Source of the DNA: Arsenophonus endosymbiont of Ceratovacuna japonica
GTDB lineage: Bacteria; Pseudomonadota; Gammaproteobacteria; Enterobacterales; Enterobacteriaceae
Length of the DNA: 64,000 nt
Assembly (NCBI GenBank): GCA_024349725.1
Contig: AP026064.1
Span: forward strand, 144,592 to 208,591
Direction of reading: 5' to 3'
Position 1 is the stretch's first letter, and each line of letters starts with the position of its first letter. The position numbers and the translations under genes are program-made. Of this stretch, positions 24,662 through 35,307 are shown piece by piece. The notes below the pieces were generated by a model. It did no database searches. It was not told where the DNA came from and worked only from the letters and a program-made list of their open reading frames with translations.

Positions 24662-25264
24662 TTAAGGTATATAATTATATATTTTACCTTGTAAACCAGT
24701 TAAATCTTTTAATTCAGATAAATTAGATTGTAATTTTTCTTTTAAAATATTTGGACCAATTAAAATTCGTGTCAATTGTCTATTCGTTAATAATAATGGT
24801 TCTGTATAAACTTGATAACCAAATAATCGTAATTTAGAAATAATTTCTTTTGTTTTTTTTGTATTTTTTAATATAGCTAATTGAATAACATAAGCTTTTG
24901 CTTGTGGTATTTGTATATTTTTATTTATTTTTGATCTTTGTTGTAATTTTGAAGATATTTGTTTAAGTTTAATATCTAAATTAGAATTTATATATTGTTT
25001 AATATTAATATTATTTGTTAATTTATTTTTTGAATTATAAATATTTTTGGTAATATTTTCTAATGGCATAATTATATATTTAATATCAATTTTATCAATA
25101 GACTCAATTTTATATTTATTAATAATTTTAGGTACCAAAGGAATATCTGTAAATTTAGTGTAATTATATTTTTTATTACTATCTAATAATATTGATAATA
25201 TAATAATACCAGATGAAATAATAAAAATTGTTCTTATGAATCGTTTTTGAAATTTATCATACAC
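24662..25264 (-). CDS. dedD: Cell-division protein DedD (SPOR domain)
   Basis: ORF track (200 aa). MYDKFQKRFIRTIFII... plus the SPOR segment KAYVIQLAILKNTKKTKEIISKLRLFGYQVYTEP..TRILIGP, which parallels E. coli DedD. It overlaps the folC stop by 8 nt. Confidence 0.8.
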   Translation of the reverse strand: MYDKFQKRFIRTIFIISSGIIILSILLDSNKKYNYTKFTDIPLVPKIINKYKIESIDKIDIKYIIMPLENITKNIYNSKNKLTNNINIKQYINSNLDIKLKQISSKLQQRSKINKNIQIPQAKAYVIQLAILKNTKKTKEIISKLRLFGYQVYTEPLLLTNRQLTRILIGPNILKEKLQSNLSELKDLTGLQGKIYNYIP

Positions 25265-26540
25265 TTAATTTTTCCTTTTTTATTTTTAATTCCATTATTT
25301 TAGAAACAATATAAAATGAACCATAAACTAATACAATATCTTGTTTTTTTACTTTACTCATCATATTTGACCAAAGATCTTTAATTGTTGAAAATTGTAA
25401 TGATAAGTTAACATATTGAGCTAATTTCTCTGAATTAACTCCACGTATTCCTTTGGATGAAGTTAGATACCATTCATTAATTTGTGGGGCTAAATAAGAT
25501 AATGTATTTTTTATGTCTTTATCAGACAACATAGCAACAACAGCATAAATTTTAGTATTTTTTTGTTTTGGTAACTTAGATATTTTTTTAGCTAAATACT
25601 TTGCCGCATGTGGATTATGTGCAACATCTAAAATAATATAAGGTTGCTTACTAATAATTTGAAAACGTCCTGGTAATTTTGCTTTTAATAATCCAATATA
25701 AATATTTTGTAATGATATTTTTTGATTAATATTATTATTTATTTTACATAAACAATTAATAGTTGCTAATGCAGTTGATGCATTATTTAAGTTGATATTT
25801 GATAAAGGTAATAATTTAAAGTTATTATCTTTAGATTTCCAATTCCAATGATTATCTTGAACGTTAAATGTCCAATCTATCCCATAGCAAAATAATTTTG
25901 CACCAATTGATTTAGCTACTAATTTAATAGACTGTGGTATATCTAATTCACCTATAACAGCATATTTCTCTGATCGAAAAATTCCAGATTTTTCATAACC
26001 AATTTGTTCACGATTATCACCAATCAAATCAATATGATCTAATGCAACATTTGTGATTACAGCAATATCAGTATCTATTATATTAGTTGCATCTAATCGT
26101 CCTCCTAAACCTACTTCTAAAATAATTATATCAAGTTTAGCTAATTTAAATAATTGCAAAGCTGCTAAAGTACTATATTCAAAATAAGTTAATGTAGTTG
26201 TACCTTTTTTAGATTCAATATCTGAAAAAACGCGACAAAATTCTAATTTAGGTAACATTTTACCTTGAATTCTAACTCGTTCAGTATAATCTAAGAGGTG
26301 TGGTGAATTATAAACACCTACTTTTAATCCAGAAGCAATTAAAATAGATTCTAGTACATTACAAGTAGTACCTTTACCATTTGTACCCGTAACAGTAATA
26401 ATTTTCGAAGTTGGATTTAAAAGATTTAATTTATTAGCAACAAAACGAACTCGTTCAAGACCCATATCAATAATTTTACTATGCTGATTAGTTAAATATG
26501 TTAACCAAGTAGTTAAAGAAGAGTTTATTTGTGGTATCAT
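25257..26540 (-). CDS. folC: Dihydrofolate synthase / folylpolyglutamate synthase FolC
   Basis: ORF track (427 aa). P-loop TVTGTNGKGTT, plus LEVGLGGRLDATN and DVAHNPHAA. accD-folC-dedD order as in E. coli. Confidence 0.93.
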   Translation of the reverse strand: MIPQINSSLTTWLTYLTNQHSKIIDMGLERVRFVANKLNLLNPTSKIITVTGTNGKGTTCNVLESILIASGLKVGVYNSPHLLDYTERVRIQGKMLPKLEFCRVFSDIESKKGTTTLTYFEYSTLAALQLFKLAKLDIIILEVGLGGRLDATNIIDTDIAVITNVALDHIDLIGDNREQIGYEKSGIFRSEKYAVIGELDIPQSIKLVAKSIGAKLFCYGIDWTFNVQDNHWNWKSKDNNFKLLPLSNINLNNASTALATINCLCKINNNINQKISLQNIYIGLLKAKLPGRFQIISKQPYIILDVAHNPHAAKYLAKKISKLPKQKNTKIYAVVAMLSDKDIKNTLSYLAPQINEWYLTSSKGIRGVNSEKLAQYVNLSLQFSTIKDLWSNMMSKVKKQDIVLVYGSFYIVSKIMELKIKKEKLSV

Positions 26541-26564
26541 TATTAATTTAAATATTTCCTTATT

Positions 26565-26626
26565 TTTTAATTAAATATTAATTTATAATTTTATAATAAA
26601 AATTATAAATTAATATTTAATTAAAA
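26565..26626. repeat. Perfect hairpin with 28-bp stem and 6-nt loop, filling the accD-folC spacer
   Basis: Verified base by base: 26565-26592 is the exact reverse complement of 26599-26626, and the loop ATAATA is at 26593-26598. The whole spacer is only 105 bp (26541-26645). Confidence 0.95.
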
Positions 26627-26645
26627 TTTAATATTATTAAATAAT

Positions 26646-27506
26646 TTACATTTTTATAGTTTGATTAGTTAATATAGATAATATTTCAGCTAATTTATCC
26701 CTCATTTTAAATCTACTAATAATCATATCAATAGCCCCTTTTTCGATGAGAAATTCACTACGTTGAAAACCTATTGGTAATTTTTCATGTATAGTTTGTT
26801 CAATAACACGTGGACCAGCAAAACCAATTAATGCTTTAGGTTCAGCAATATTAATATCCCCTAGCATAGCTAAACTAGCTGATACACCACCCATAGTTGG
26901 ATTTGTAAGAACTGAAATATAAGGTATTCCTTTATCTTTCATTTTAGCTAGAGCTGCACTTGTTTTTGCCATTTGCATTAAAGATATTAATGCTTCTTGC
27001 ATACGAGCCCCTCCACTAGAAGAAAAACAAATTAATGGACAAAAATCTTCTAAAGATTGTTTAACTGCGCATACAAAACGTGCACCAACAACAGAAGCCA
27101 TTGATCCTCCCATAAAAGAAAATTCAAAAGCTGCAACAATTACAGGCATATTTTTAAGTGTGCCTTTTATTACTATTAATGCATCTTTTTCATGTGTTAT
27201 TTTTTGTGAGGATAAAATTCGATCTTTATATTTTTTTAAATCACGAAATTTTAAAATATCTTTTGGTTCTAATTCTTTACCTAATTCAATAGAAAGTCCT
27301 TTATCAATAAAAGATGCTATACGATGTCGTGCAGAAATACACATATGATGATCGCATTTTGGACATACATTTAAATTATTTTCTAATTCAGCACGATAAA
27401 GTACTTGTTCACAACTATCACATTTTGTCCAAATACCTTCAGGGATACTTGTTTTGCGATTTTGAGTAATATTACTCTTATTAAGAATCTTTTCAATCCA
27501 ACTCAT
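26646..27506 (-). CDS. accD: Acetyl-CoA carboxylase carboxyltransferase beta subunit AccD
   Basis: ORF track (286 aa). MSWIEKIL..., with Zn finger [26 protein letters not shown]; colinear with E. coli AccD. Confidence 0.96.
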   Translation of the reverse strand: MSWIEKILNKSNITQNRKTSIPEGIWTKCDSCEQVLYRAELENNLNVCPKCDHHMCISARHRIASFIDKGLSIELGKELEPKDILKFRDLKKYKDRILSSQKITHEKDALIVIKGTLKNMPVIVAAFEFSFMGGSMASVVGARFVCAVKQSLEDFCPLICFSSSGGARMQEALISLMQMAKTSAALAKMKDKGIPYISVLTNPTMGGVSASLAMLGDINIAEPKALIGFAGPRVIEQTIHEKLPIGFQRSEFLIEKGAIDMIISRFKMRDKLAEILSILTNQTIKM

Positions 27507-27667
27507 TAATAAACCTTTTATATAAAATTATATTATTATATAAATTTTACATTAATAAATAAATTAATTTATAAATATTATTTTAATTATTGATAATGAT
27601 TAAATTTTAAAATATTAATTATGAATAATATTATTAAATATTAATAATAGTTAAAAATAAAATTAAT

Positions 27668-27695
27668 ATAATTATTATTAATTAATAATAATTAT
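27668..27695. repeat. Perfect 28-bp A/T palindrome (14+14)
   Basis: 27668-27681 is the reverse complement of 27682-27695, in the accD-truA spacer. Confidence 0.9.
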
Positions 27696-28047
27696 TTTAT
27701 AAAAATTATTATTTAAATTAAACATAATTAATTGTAAATAATAAAATATATATTTTATTTTAAAAATAAATATTATATCTATATAATATAAATATTTTTG
27801 TATATATAATTTTAATTAAATAATTATTATTTTATATTATAAAAAAATATTGTATTTATTTTATAAATTATTATAACTTTTATATTAAAAATATTAAATA
27901 AATAATTAATAATTTTATTAAAAAAAATAAAATAATAATTGATATATATCATAAATATCATAAATATAAAATAATATATAGATAAATTTTATATTTAATT
28001 AAATTATTATTATTTTTAATTATATTTAAATAAAAATTTAAAATATT

Positions 28048-28875
28048 TTATATTGGCAAGATAAATGGTTTTATAGTATTTTTTGGTAATTTATATATTT
28101 TTGGATAATATACTTTAATTAAATAAAGACCATCTGCTTTTGCTGTTGAATATGATTTTTGTCTATCTTTTGCTTCTAAAATCTCTGATATCCAATTAAT
28201 ATTTTTATTACCACATCCTACTTCTAATAAACTACCAATAATATTACGTACCATATGATAAAGAAAAGAATTGGCTTTAATATCAATTAAAATGTAATCA
28301 CCATAACGTTTTACATATATATATTTTATATCACGCCAAGGTGATTTAGATTGACAATTAATAGATCTAAAAGAAGTAAAATCTTTCTCTCCAATTAATA
28401 ATTGAGCAGCAATATTCATTGTTTTAGAATTTAATGGTTTATAATAGTGAGTAACATTATTAGTTAATATAGCTGGTCTATAACGATTATTAAAAATAAT
28501 ATACCGATATTTTCTAGCTATAGCACTAAATCTTGCATGAAAATCATTTGTAACTACTGTACACCAACGAATTGCAATATCTGATGGTAAATAACTATTA
28601 ACACCTATTGTCCAAGCTGAATTTTTACGTATAACAGATGTTTCGAAATGAATTACTTGACCTGTAGAATGAACTCCTGTATCTGTACGTCCAGCACAAT
28701 GAATTTGTATGTGTCTATTGGCGATTTTTTTTAAAGCTAATTCTAAGCAATATTGAATACTTTTAACATTTAATTGACGTTGCCAACCATAATAATTGTA
28801 ACCATTATACTCAATACATAATGCATATTTAGTTAATATTTTATAATTATTTTCTTTAGTATTAATAGAATATAT
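28048..28875 (-). CDS. truA: tRNA pseudouridine(38-40) synthase TruA (no canonical start codon; ATA at the ancestral start position)
   Basis: The ORF track lists only the C-terminal 123 aa (28048..28419). I checked every codon: the same frame stays open up to 28875, with TGA at 28876-28878. It encodes ..[63 protein letters not shown].., colinear with the whole of E. coli TruA including the catalytic GRTD. There is no in-frame ATG, GTG or TTG between 28420 and 28875. Confidence 0.8.
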   Translation of the reverse strand: MYSINTKENNYKILTKYALCIEYNGYNYYGWQRQLNVKSIQYCLELALKKIANRHIQIHCAGRTDTGVHSTGQVIHFETSVIRKNSAWTIGVNSYLPSDIAIRWCTVVTNDFHARFSAIARKYRYIIFNNRYRPAILTNNVTHYYKPLNSKTMNIAAQLLIGEKDFTSFRSINCQSKSPWRDIKYIYVKRYGDYILIDIKANSFLYHMVRNIIGSLLEVGCGNKNINWISEILEAKDRQKSYSTAKADGLYLIKVYYPKIYKLPKNTIKPFILPI

Positions 28876-29365
28876 TCATCCTTTAAATATTTAATATAAT
28901 TTAATTATTAATTTTTTAATAATTAAAAGTATTTATTTTTATTAATTATAATAAATATATAATAAATAAAATAAAAAATTATATTTAATAATAATGATAA
29001 AATATTTATTTGCAAGTAATAAAATATATTATATATTATTTCAAATAAATAATATATAATATTTATTTATGTATTTATAAATTTATATATATTATGATAA
29101 TTTAATAATTATTCTTTTTTAAAATAAAATATGTTATTTTAATTTTAATATTTTTATATTATTTAATATGTTTAAAATAAAATTTTAATATTAATAATTA
29201 TTTTTATTACAAATTTTTAAATAAAAATATAAAATAATTAATTAATTAAATATTATAATATATTTAACATTAAAATAATAATAATTTAAAAATAATTAAT
29301 TTTAAGTAAAAGTAATAAAATATTTATGTATTTTTAATTTAAAATATAATTTTATAATAAACTTA

Positions 29366-30586
29366 TTATGAACTATATTTACTCATTATTAATGAAGCAT
29401 TAGTTCCACCAAATCCAAAACTATTTGACATTACTGTATTTAATTTTTTCTTTATAGGTTTAGTAATAATATTCATTGATTGTGCTTTTTCATCTAAATT
29501 ATTAATATTAATGCTTGGAGCAATAAATCCATATTTTAACATTAATAAACTATATATAACTTCGTGTACTCCAGATGCTCCTAGTGAATGTCCTGTCATT
29601 GATTTAGTTGCAGAAATAGCTGGAATATTACTTCCAAATACTTCAGAAATAGCTTCTAATTCTTTTATATCACCAACTGGTGTTGAAGTTCCATGAGTAT
29701 TAATATAATCAACATATTTGCAATTTGATAATGCCATTTTCATACACCGTACCGCACCTTCACCTGAAGGTAAAACCATATCATAACCATCTGAACTAGC
29801 ACCATAACCAATAATTTCAGCATAAACATATTCACCGCGAGCTAAAGCATGTTCTAATTCTTCTACTACAACAATACCACCACCAGAAGAAATTACAAAA
29901 CCATCTCTATCTTTATCATAAGTCCGTGAAGCTTTTTCTGGAGTTATATTATATTTAGTAGATAATGCACCCATTGCATCAAATTCACAAGTTAATTCCC
30001 AACTTAATTCTTCACCTCCTCCAGCGAATATAATATCTTGCTTTCCTAATTGAATTAATTCAACTGCATGTCCAATACAATGAGCAGAAGTAGAACAAGC
30101 AGAACTAATAGAATAATTTACTCCTTTAATTTTAAATGGCGTAGCTAAACAAGCAGAAATACCTGATGCCATAGCTTTAGTTACCATATAAGGGCTGACA
30201 CCACGTAATCCTTTAGCTCGCATACCATCAGATCCAGCTACTTGATTTCTAGGAGACCCTCCACCAGAACCAACGACTAATCCAGTACGAATATTTGATA
30301 TATATTGTGGTGTTAATTTAGCATCATTAATAGCTTCCTTCATAGCCAAATAAGCATAAATAGAACAATCACTCATAAAGCGAAGAATTTTACGATTAAT
30401 TTTTTGTTTAATATAATCTTCTGTAAGCTGAATATTACCCCATACACGACTTCGTAAACCTATTTTTTCAAATTCATCTGAAAATCTAATGCCAGAACGA
30501 CATTTTTTAAGAGAATCTAATACTTCTTTCTGGTTATTACCTATGCTAGATATAATACCAATACCAGTTATAACTGCCCGCTTCAT
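29366..30586 (-). CDS. fabB: 3-oxoacyl-ACP synthase I (FabB)
   Basis: ORF track (406 aa). [36 protein letters not shown] matches E. coli Fab[37 protein letters not shown]. Also [13 protein letters not shown], the active-site Cys context, and the GTNASL end. Confidence 0.96.
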   Translation of the reverse strand: MKRAVITGIGIISSIGNNQKEVLDSLKKCRSGIRFSDEFEKIGLRSRVWGNIQLTEDYIKQKINRKILRFMSDCSIYAYLAMKEAINDAKLTPQYISNIRTGLVVGSGGGSPRNQVAGSDGMRAKGLRGVSPYMVTKAMASGISACLATPFKIKGVNYSISSACSTSAHCIGHAVELIQLGKQDIIFAGGGEELSWELTCEFDAMGALSTKYNITPEKASRTYDKDRDGFVISSGGGIVVVEELEHALARGEYVYAEIIGYGASSDGYDMVLPSGEGAVRCMKMALSNCKYVDYINTHGTSTPVGDIKELEAISEVFGSNIPAISATKSMTGHSLGASGVHEVIYSLLMLKYGFIAPSININNLDEKAQSMNIITKPIKKKLNTVMSNSFGFGGTNASLIMSKYSS

Positions 30587-30641
30587 TAATTATATTGCCT
30601 CATATTTGAAATTTATTTAATAAAAATTAAGACTTTATTTT

Positions 30642-30659
30642 AACTTACACTTCTAAGTT
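30642..30659. promoter_or_regulatory. FabR-operator-like 18-bp palindrome upstream of fabB
   Basis: AACTTACACTTCTAAGTT lies 56-73 nt upstream of the fabB ATG. It is nested in a longer imperfect inverted repeat AGACTT..AAGTCT (30630-30669). It resembles my recollection of the E. coli FabR site (AGCGTACA..TGTACGCT-type palindrome) in an AT-shifted form. It is one of very few G/C-containing motifs in this spacer. Confidence 0.3.
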
Positions 30660-31421
30660 AAATAAGTCTAGTTAAATAAAATTTGTAAAAATATTATATT
30701 TATAATTTTTATTTTAATAATTATTTAATAAATTATTTTAAATAAAATTTAATAATAATTTTTTATTTATTAATAAAAAAAATATAACAATTTTATATTT
30801 TATTATATAAATATTTATAAATATAAAAAATAATTTTTTAGAAAAAATAAAACTTAAAATTAAATAAAAATATAATATTAATTTTTGTAATAAATTTATT
30901 ATTTTTTATTTATTAATTTAGTTAAATTATAGTTAAAATATTTTTATATTAATATATTATATGTAAATTTATAAAAATTTTTTATTATATAAATTATAAT
31001 TTATTATGATTTAAATAATATTTTATTTAAAATAAAATTATAGTATAATTATTTTTTTATATTAATATTTTTATATTTTAAGTAAAATTTATAAAATTAT
31101 TTATTTATTTATAAATTATAATTATTTTTTTATATAATTATTAATAAAATAATTTAAAAATTATATAATATATTATTATTTTTATAAATTTAATATAATA
31201 TAATTTGTTAAATAATATAATATATAATTAAAATATTAAATTATAAAATTAATAAATTAATCATTATTGTTAATAATATATTTTTTTAATTATTAAATAA
31301 ATTTTATTTTTATATATTTACAATATAAATTTTTATTTATAATTAAATAAATAATTATATTATAAAATTTATTAATTATAATTATTATATTAATATATAA
31401 TTTATATATGGATAAGTTTAA

Positions 31422-31850
31422 ATGAAAACTTTTATATCTAAATCAGAATCTATAAAACGTTATTGGTATATTATTGATGCAGAAGGGCAAAAATTAGGTC
31501 GGGTTGCTACTAAAATTGCTAATTATTTACGTGGTAAGCATAAAATAGAATATACACCGTATGTTGATACTGGTGATTATATTATTATTATTAATGCAGA
31601 AAAAGTTATTGTTACTGGTAATAAATATAAAAATAAAATTTACTATAGACATAGTGGTTATGTTGGTGGCATTAAAAAAGAGAGCTTTAAAGAAATGATA
31701 ACTAGTCATCCTAATCGTATTATTGAAATTGCAGTAAAAGGTATGTTACCAAAAGGACCTCTTGGCCGTTCTATGTATCGTAAAATGAAAGTTTATACTG
31801 GTAATTATCACAATCATAAAGCACAGCAACCAAAAATTCTTAATATTTAA
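31422..31850 (+). CDS. rplM: 50S ribosomal protein L13
   Basis: ORF track (142 aa). [41 protein letters not shown] matches E. coli RplM [41 protein letters not shown]. Confidence 0.98.
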   Translation: MKTFISKSESIKRYWYIIDAEGQKLGRVATKIANYLRGKHKIEYTPYVDTGDYIIIINAEKVIVTGNKYKNKIYYRHSGYVGGIKKESFKEMITSHPNRIIEIAVKGMLPKGPLGRSMYRKMKVYTGNYHNHKAQQPKILNI

Positions 31851-31866
31851 TTTGGAGTCAAAAGTT

Positions 31867-32259
31867 ATGGTTGAAAATCAATATTATGGTACCGGTCGTC
31901 GTAAAAGTTCTTCTGCGCGCGTATTTATTAAAAATGGCAATGGTAATATTGTTATTAATAAACGTAGTTTAGTTGAATATTTTAGCCGTGAAACATCTAG
32001 AATGATTATTCGACAACCATTAGAGTTAGTTGATATGTTAGAAAAATTAGATTTATATATTACCGTTAAAGGTGGTGGTATTTCTGGTCAAGCAGGCGCA
32101 ATTCGTCATGGTATTACACGTGCTTTAATAAAATATGATATAATATTACGTTTTAAATTACGTAAAGCAGGATTTGTTACACGTGATGCACGTTCTGTTG
32201 AGCGCAAAAAAGTAGGTTTACGTAAAGCACGTCGTAGCCCACAATATTCTAAACGTTAA
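31867..32259 (+). CDS. rpsI: 30S ribosomal protein S9
   Basis: The ORF track starts at a TTG (31852). The ATG at 31867 gives [21 protein letters not shown] (E. coli [22 protein letters not shown]) and a 130-aa product. GGAG lies 9 nt upstream. Confidence 0.97.
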   Translation: MVENQYYGTGRRKSSSARVFIKNGNGNIVINKRSLVEYFSRETSRMIIRQPLELVDMLEKLDLYITVKGGGISGQAGAIRHGITRALIKYDIILRFKLRKAGFVTRDARSVERKKVGLRKARRSPQYSKR

Positions 32260-33676
32260 TTACTATTTATATAGTAAAATTATTAATATAAAATTAATTT
32301 GTAATAAGATTTAATATATTATTTATAATTTTAATTTAATTTTTTATTATTTATTAATTATTTACGAATTTTATATTAAAGATTTAACAAAAAATTTATA
32401 TTTTTATTTATTAAAAAATTTAATAATTATGATAAATTTATATTTAGATAAAATAATAATATATTATATAATAATTTAAAGTATTATTATTTTATGTTTA
32501 GTAAAGTTTATATTTTAAAAAAATAATTATAAAATATTTATTAAAAATAATATATATTATTAAATATAAATAAAATAAAATATTAATAAATTATTAATTA
32601 AATAATTTATTTAATAAATAAGATTTATTGTTTTAATTTAATATATAATAATATTTTATTTATAAAATAAATATCATAAATATACATTTTATAATTTTTT
32701 ATAATTATTTTAATAATGATTTATATAATTAATAATAATATTTATTATAGTTTATAATTTTTTATAAAAATTATATAATTTTAAATTATATTAATTATTA
32801 TATATATTTTAATTAATATTATTGATTTTATTAATTATTATTTTATTATAATTATAATAATATTATTAATTATATTATAATTTTTTCTATTTTTAATAAA
32901 AATTAAAAAATTTTATTGTTATTTTCTATTTATTATAAATATTTAATAATAATATTAATTTAAATTAAATTGATATATTTAAGTATTAAATTTAAATTTT
33001 ATTATTGATAAAATGGTATAAATATTTAAATTAAGAAGATTAAAGTAAAATTTAAATTAATATTTAATTAATATATATTCTTGTAAAATATATCAATATT
33101 AATAAATAAAAAAATTAATATTATTTAATATATAAAATTAAAAATAAAAATTATTAATTTTAATTTTTTTTTTAAAAAATTAAGATAATAGTTTATATTT
33201 ATTGCACAAATCTTAAAATATATAATTTTTTTATTAATGAAATATTTAGTTTTATTTATTGTTATCTTGAATTGTTTTTATACTGGATTATTTATTTAAC
33301 ATATTGAAATATATAAAATAAAAAAGATATATAATATTTTTATATAAAATGAATATTTAAATAACTTGTTAAGATTTATCAACTGAAGTTTAATATAAAA
33401 TATATTACTATAAATTAATTATAATATAATTATAATAAAATAATTATATTGTATCTATATATTATAATTATTAATATAAAATAATTTAAATTAAATTTAA
33501 ATATTATAAATATTATAAATAAATAAAAATATAATAATAAAATATATGTATATTTATATAATAAAATAATATTTAAGATTTTATGTATTTAAAATAAATT
33601 AAGTTTAATTATTATGTGTAATTATATATTATTACAATATAATATATATATTTTTATTAAAATAAATATAATTTTT

Positions 33677-33711
33677 TATAATTTATAATTTATAATTTAT
33701 AATTTATAATT
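33677..33711. repeat. Heptanucleotide microsatellite (TATAATT)x5
   Basis: Five exact tandem copies, counted directly in the sequence. Confidence 0.9.
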
Positions 33712-34436
33712 ATTAATTATTTATTTTTATTATCTTACAATCTTTAACTTTATTAAATATTTTAATATAATTATTATTTTATTTAAATTAAATAAATAAA
33801 AATTATTTTAATTAATTAAAATTAAAATATGTGGAATATATTAATGTTAAAATAAATTTATATATGCAATTATAAATATATAAAAATTTAATATTAAAAT
33901 ATATCAATTTATTTTTAATGAAAATTAAATATTATATATTATTTTATTTTATATCTTATTTGTATAATTTTAATTATTATTTATTTTATAAAAAAATAAT
34001 TTTTTTAACTTAATATATTATTTTATTGTTTTATATTTAATTTGATAGTCACTTATTATTTTTTAGTAAAATTAAATTATTAATTAATTAGTAATAATTA
34101 TCAAAAATTATTTTATAGTAAATTAATACAATGTATATAAAATTAATTTTAATATTTATAGTAAATTTTTATTTAAATAAAGTAATTTATTTCTTTTAAA
34201 TTATAATAATATTAAATTTATTATTTATATTTAATTCGTAAATATAATATAGACATATAATTACAAAAATTAAATTATTCTTTCATAAAATCAATATTTA
34301 TAATATTAATATTAAGATTATAAAATTCCTATTTATTTTACTTAAAAAACGTTTTTATATTCTATTTGTATTGTATTTTATAGTAAAAATAAAATAAGTA
34401 CATTTTAATTATATATTAAAGCTAATAAATTTTATA

Positions 34437-34475
34437 TATTTAACTAATTTATATATTATATAAATTAGTTAAATA
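34437..34475. repeat. Perfect 39-bp palindrome (19+1+19) just upstream of the HU pseudogene
   Basis: Verified base by base: 34437-34455 (TATTTAACTAATTTATATA) is the reverse complement of 34457-34475, with the centre at 34456. It includes a C:G pair (34444/34468). It ends 20 nt before the pseudogene ATG. Confidence 0.95.
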
Positions 34476-34495
34476 CACTATTATAAGAACAATTT

Positions 34496-34778
34496 ATGAA
34501 TAAAATTATAAATAAAAGTTATATTATTAGACTTGTTGCACAAAAAGAAAATATAACTAAAACTCAATCTAAAATGCATTAAATATAATTATTAAATGTA
34601 TTATAAAAAAATTAATAAATGATGATATAGTTAAATTTGTTGGTTTTGGTATTTTTAAGACTAATTATCGTGTAGATTGCATTGGTCGAAATCCAACAAC
34701 AAGTACAGCACTTAAAATTAAATCCACTAATGTACCAGTTTTGTTGCTGAAAAATTATTAAAAGAAATAATTAAGTAA
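34496..34778 (+). pseudogene. HU-family DNA-binding protein pseudogene (hupA/hupB-like) with two 1-nt frameshifts
   Basis: Frame 1 gives MNKIINKSYIIRLVAQKENITKTQSK then a stop. A shifted frame gives ALNIIIKCIIKKLINDDIVKFVGFGIFKTNYRVDCIGRNPTTSTALKIKSTNVP, and a third gives SFVAEKLLKEIIK then a stop. Joined, these are colinear with E. coli HU ([90 protein letters not shown]). The frameshifts are near 34577 and 34737. Confidence 0.8.
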
Positions 34779-35307
34779 TTTAATTACAAAATATTTATAA
34801 TAGGATAAATAAATCTCCCTTGCATAAATTATATATAATATTATTTTATTTATAATTCTTTTTATACTTATTTTTTCACTAGTAAATATAAAATTTTAAA
34901 ATTTTATATAAGTGTATTTTTTATATTAATTTTACTATATAATAATAATTAAATAATTAAAAATAATAATTTTATAATTATTTTTATATATATAAATATT
35001 ATTAACGTAAAAATATAATTATTAATTTTTAAAATATAAAAAACTTTAATAAATAAACAATAAATATTAAATTATAAAAATTATATATTGATTACATTAA
35101 TATATAAAATAGAATTTTTATTTTAATTCAATAATATATTGTTATTGTTATATTTTTAGTTAATATTTTTTTAATTTTGTATAATATTAATATTAATAAT
35201 AATAATTTAATTAATATAATTGTAAAATATATATAAATATTATTAATATTTAGTTTATATATTATATATATTAAAATAATTTTTATTTTATTGTATTTTT
35301 TTGAATG

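Noticed and set aside
28048-28419. The ORF-track model of a stand-alone 123-aa protein
   Set aside because: It is the C-terminal third of TruA. The same frame is open for another 152 codons upstream and encodes the rest of TruA, including the catalytic motif. The short model arises only because a canonical start codon was required.
31852-31866. N-terminal extensions proposed by the ORF track from TTG or GTG codons: rpsI 31852, epmB 17003, rsmB 48328, nfuA 51192, tsaE 58251, metL 12305
   Set aside because: Alignment with the E. coli orthologues places the start at the downstream ATG in each case. For rpsI this is also supported by a GGAG at the correct spacing. The longest-ORF starts add non-homologous residues.
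33237-33299. 20-codon hydrophobic mini-ORF (MKYLVLFIVILNCFYTGLFI) in the 3-kb desert, superficially like a type I toxin or a lipoprotein signal-peptide relic
   Set aside because: There is no Shine-Dalgarno sequence, no antisense-RNA-like partner structure and no homologue I can name. Phe, Ile, Leu, Tyr and Asn codons are what A/T-rich DNA encodes by default, so a 20-codon open stretch is weak evidence. It is worth a glance only if RNA-seq or Ribo-seq shows a signal.
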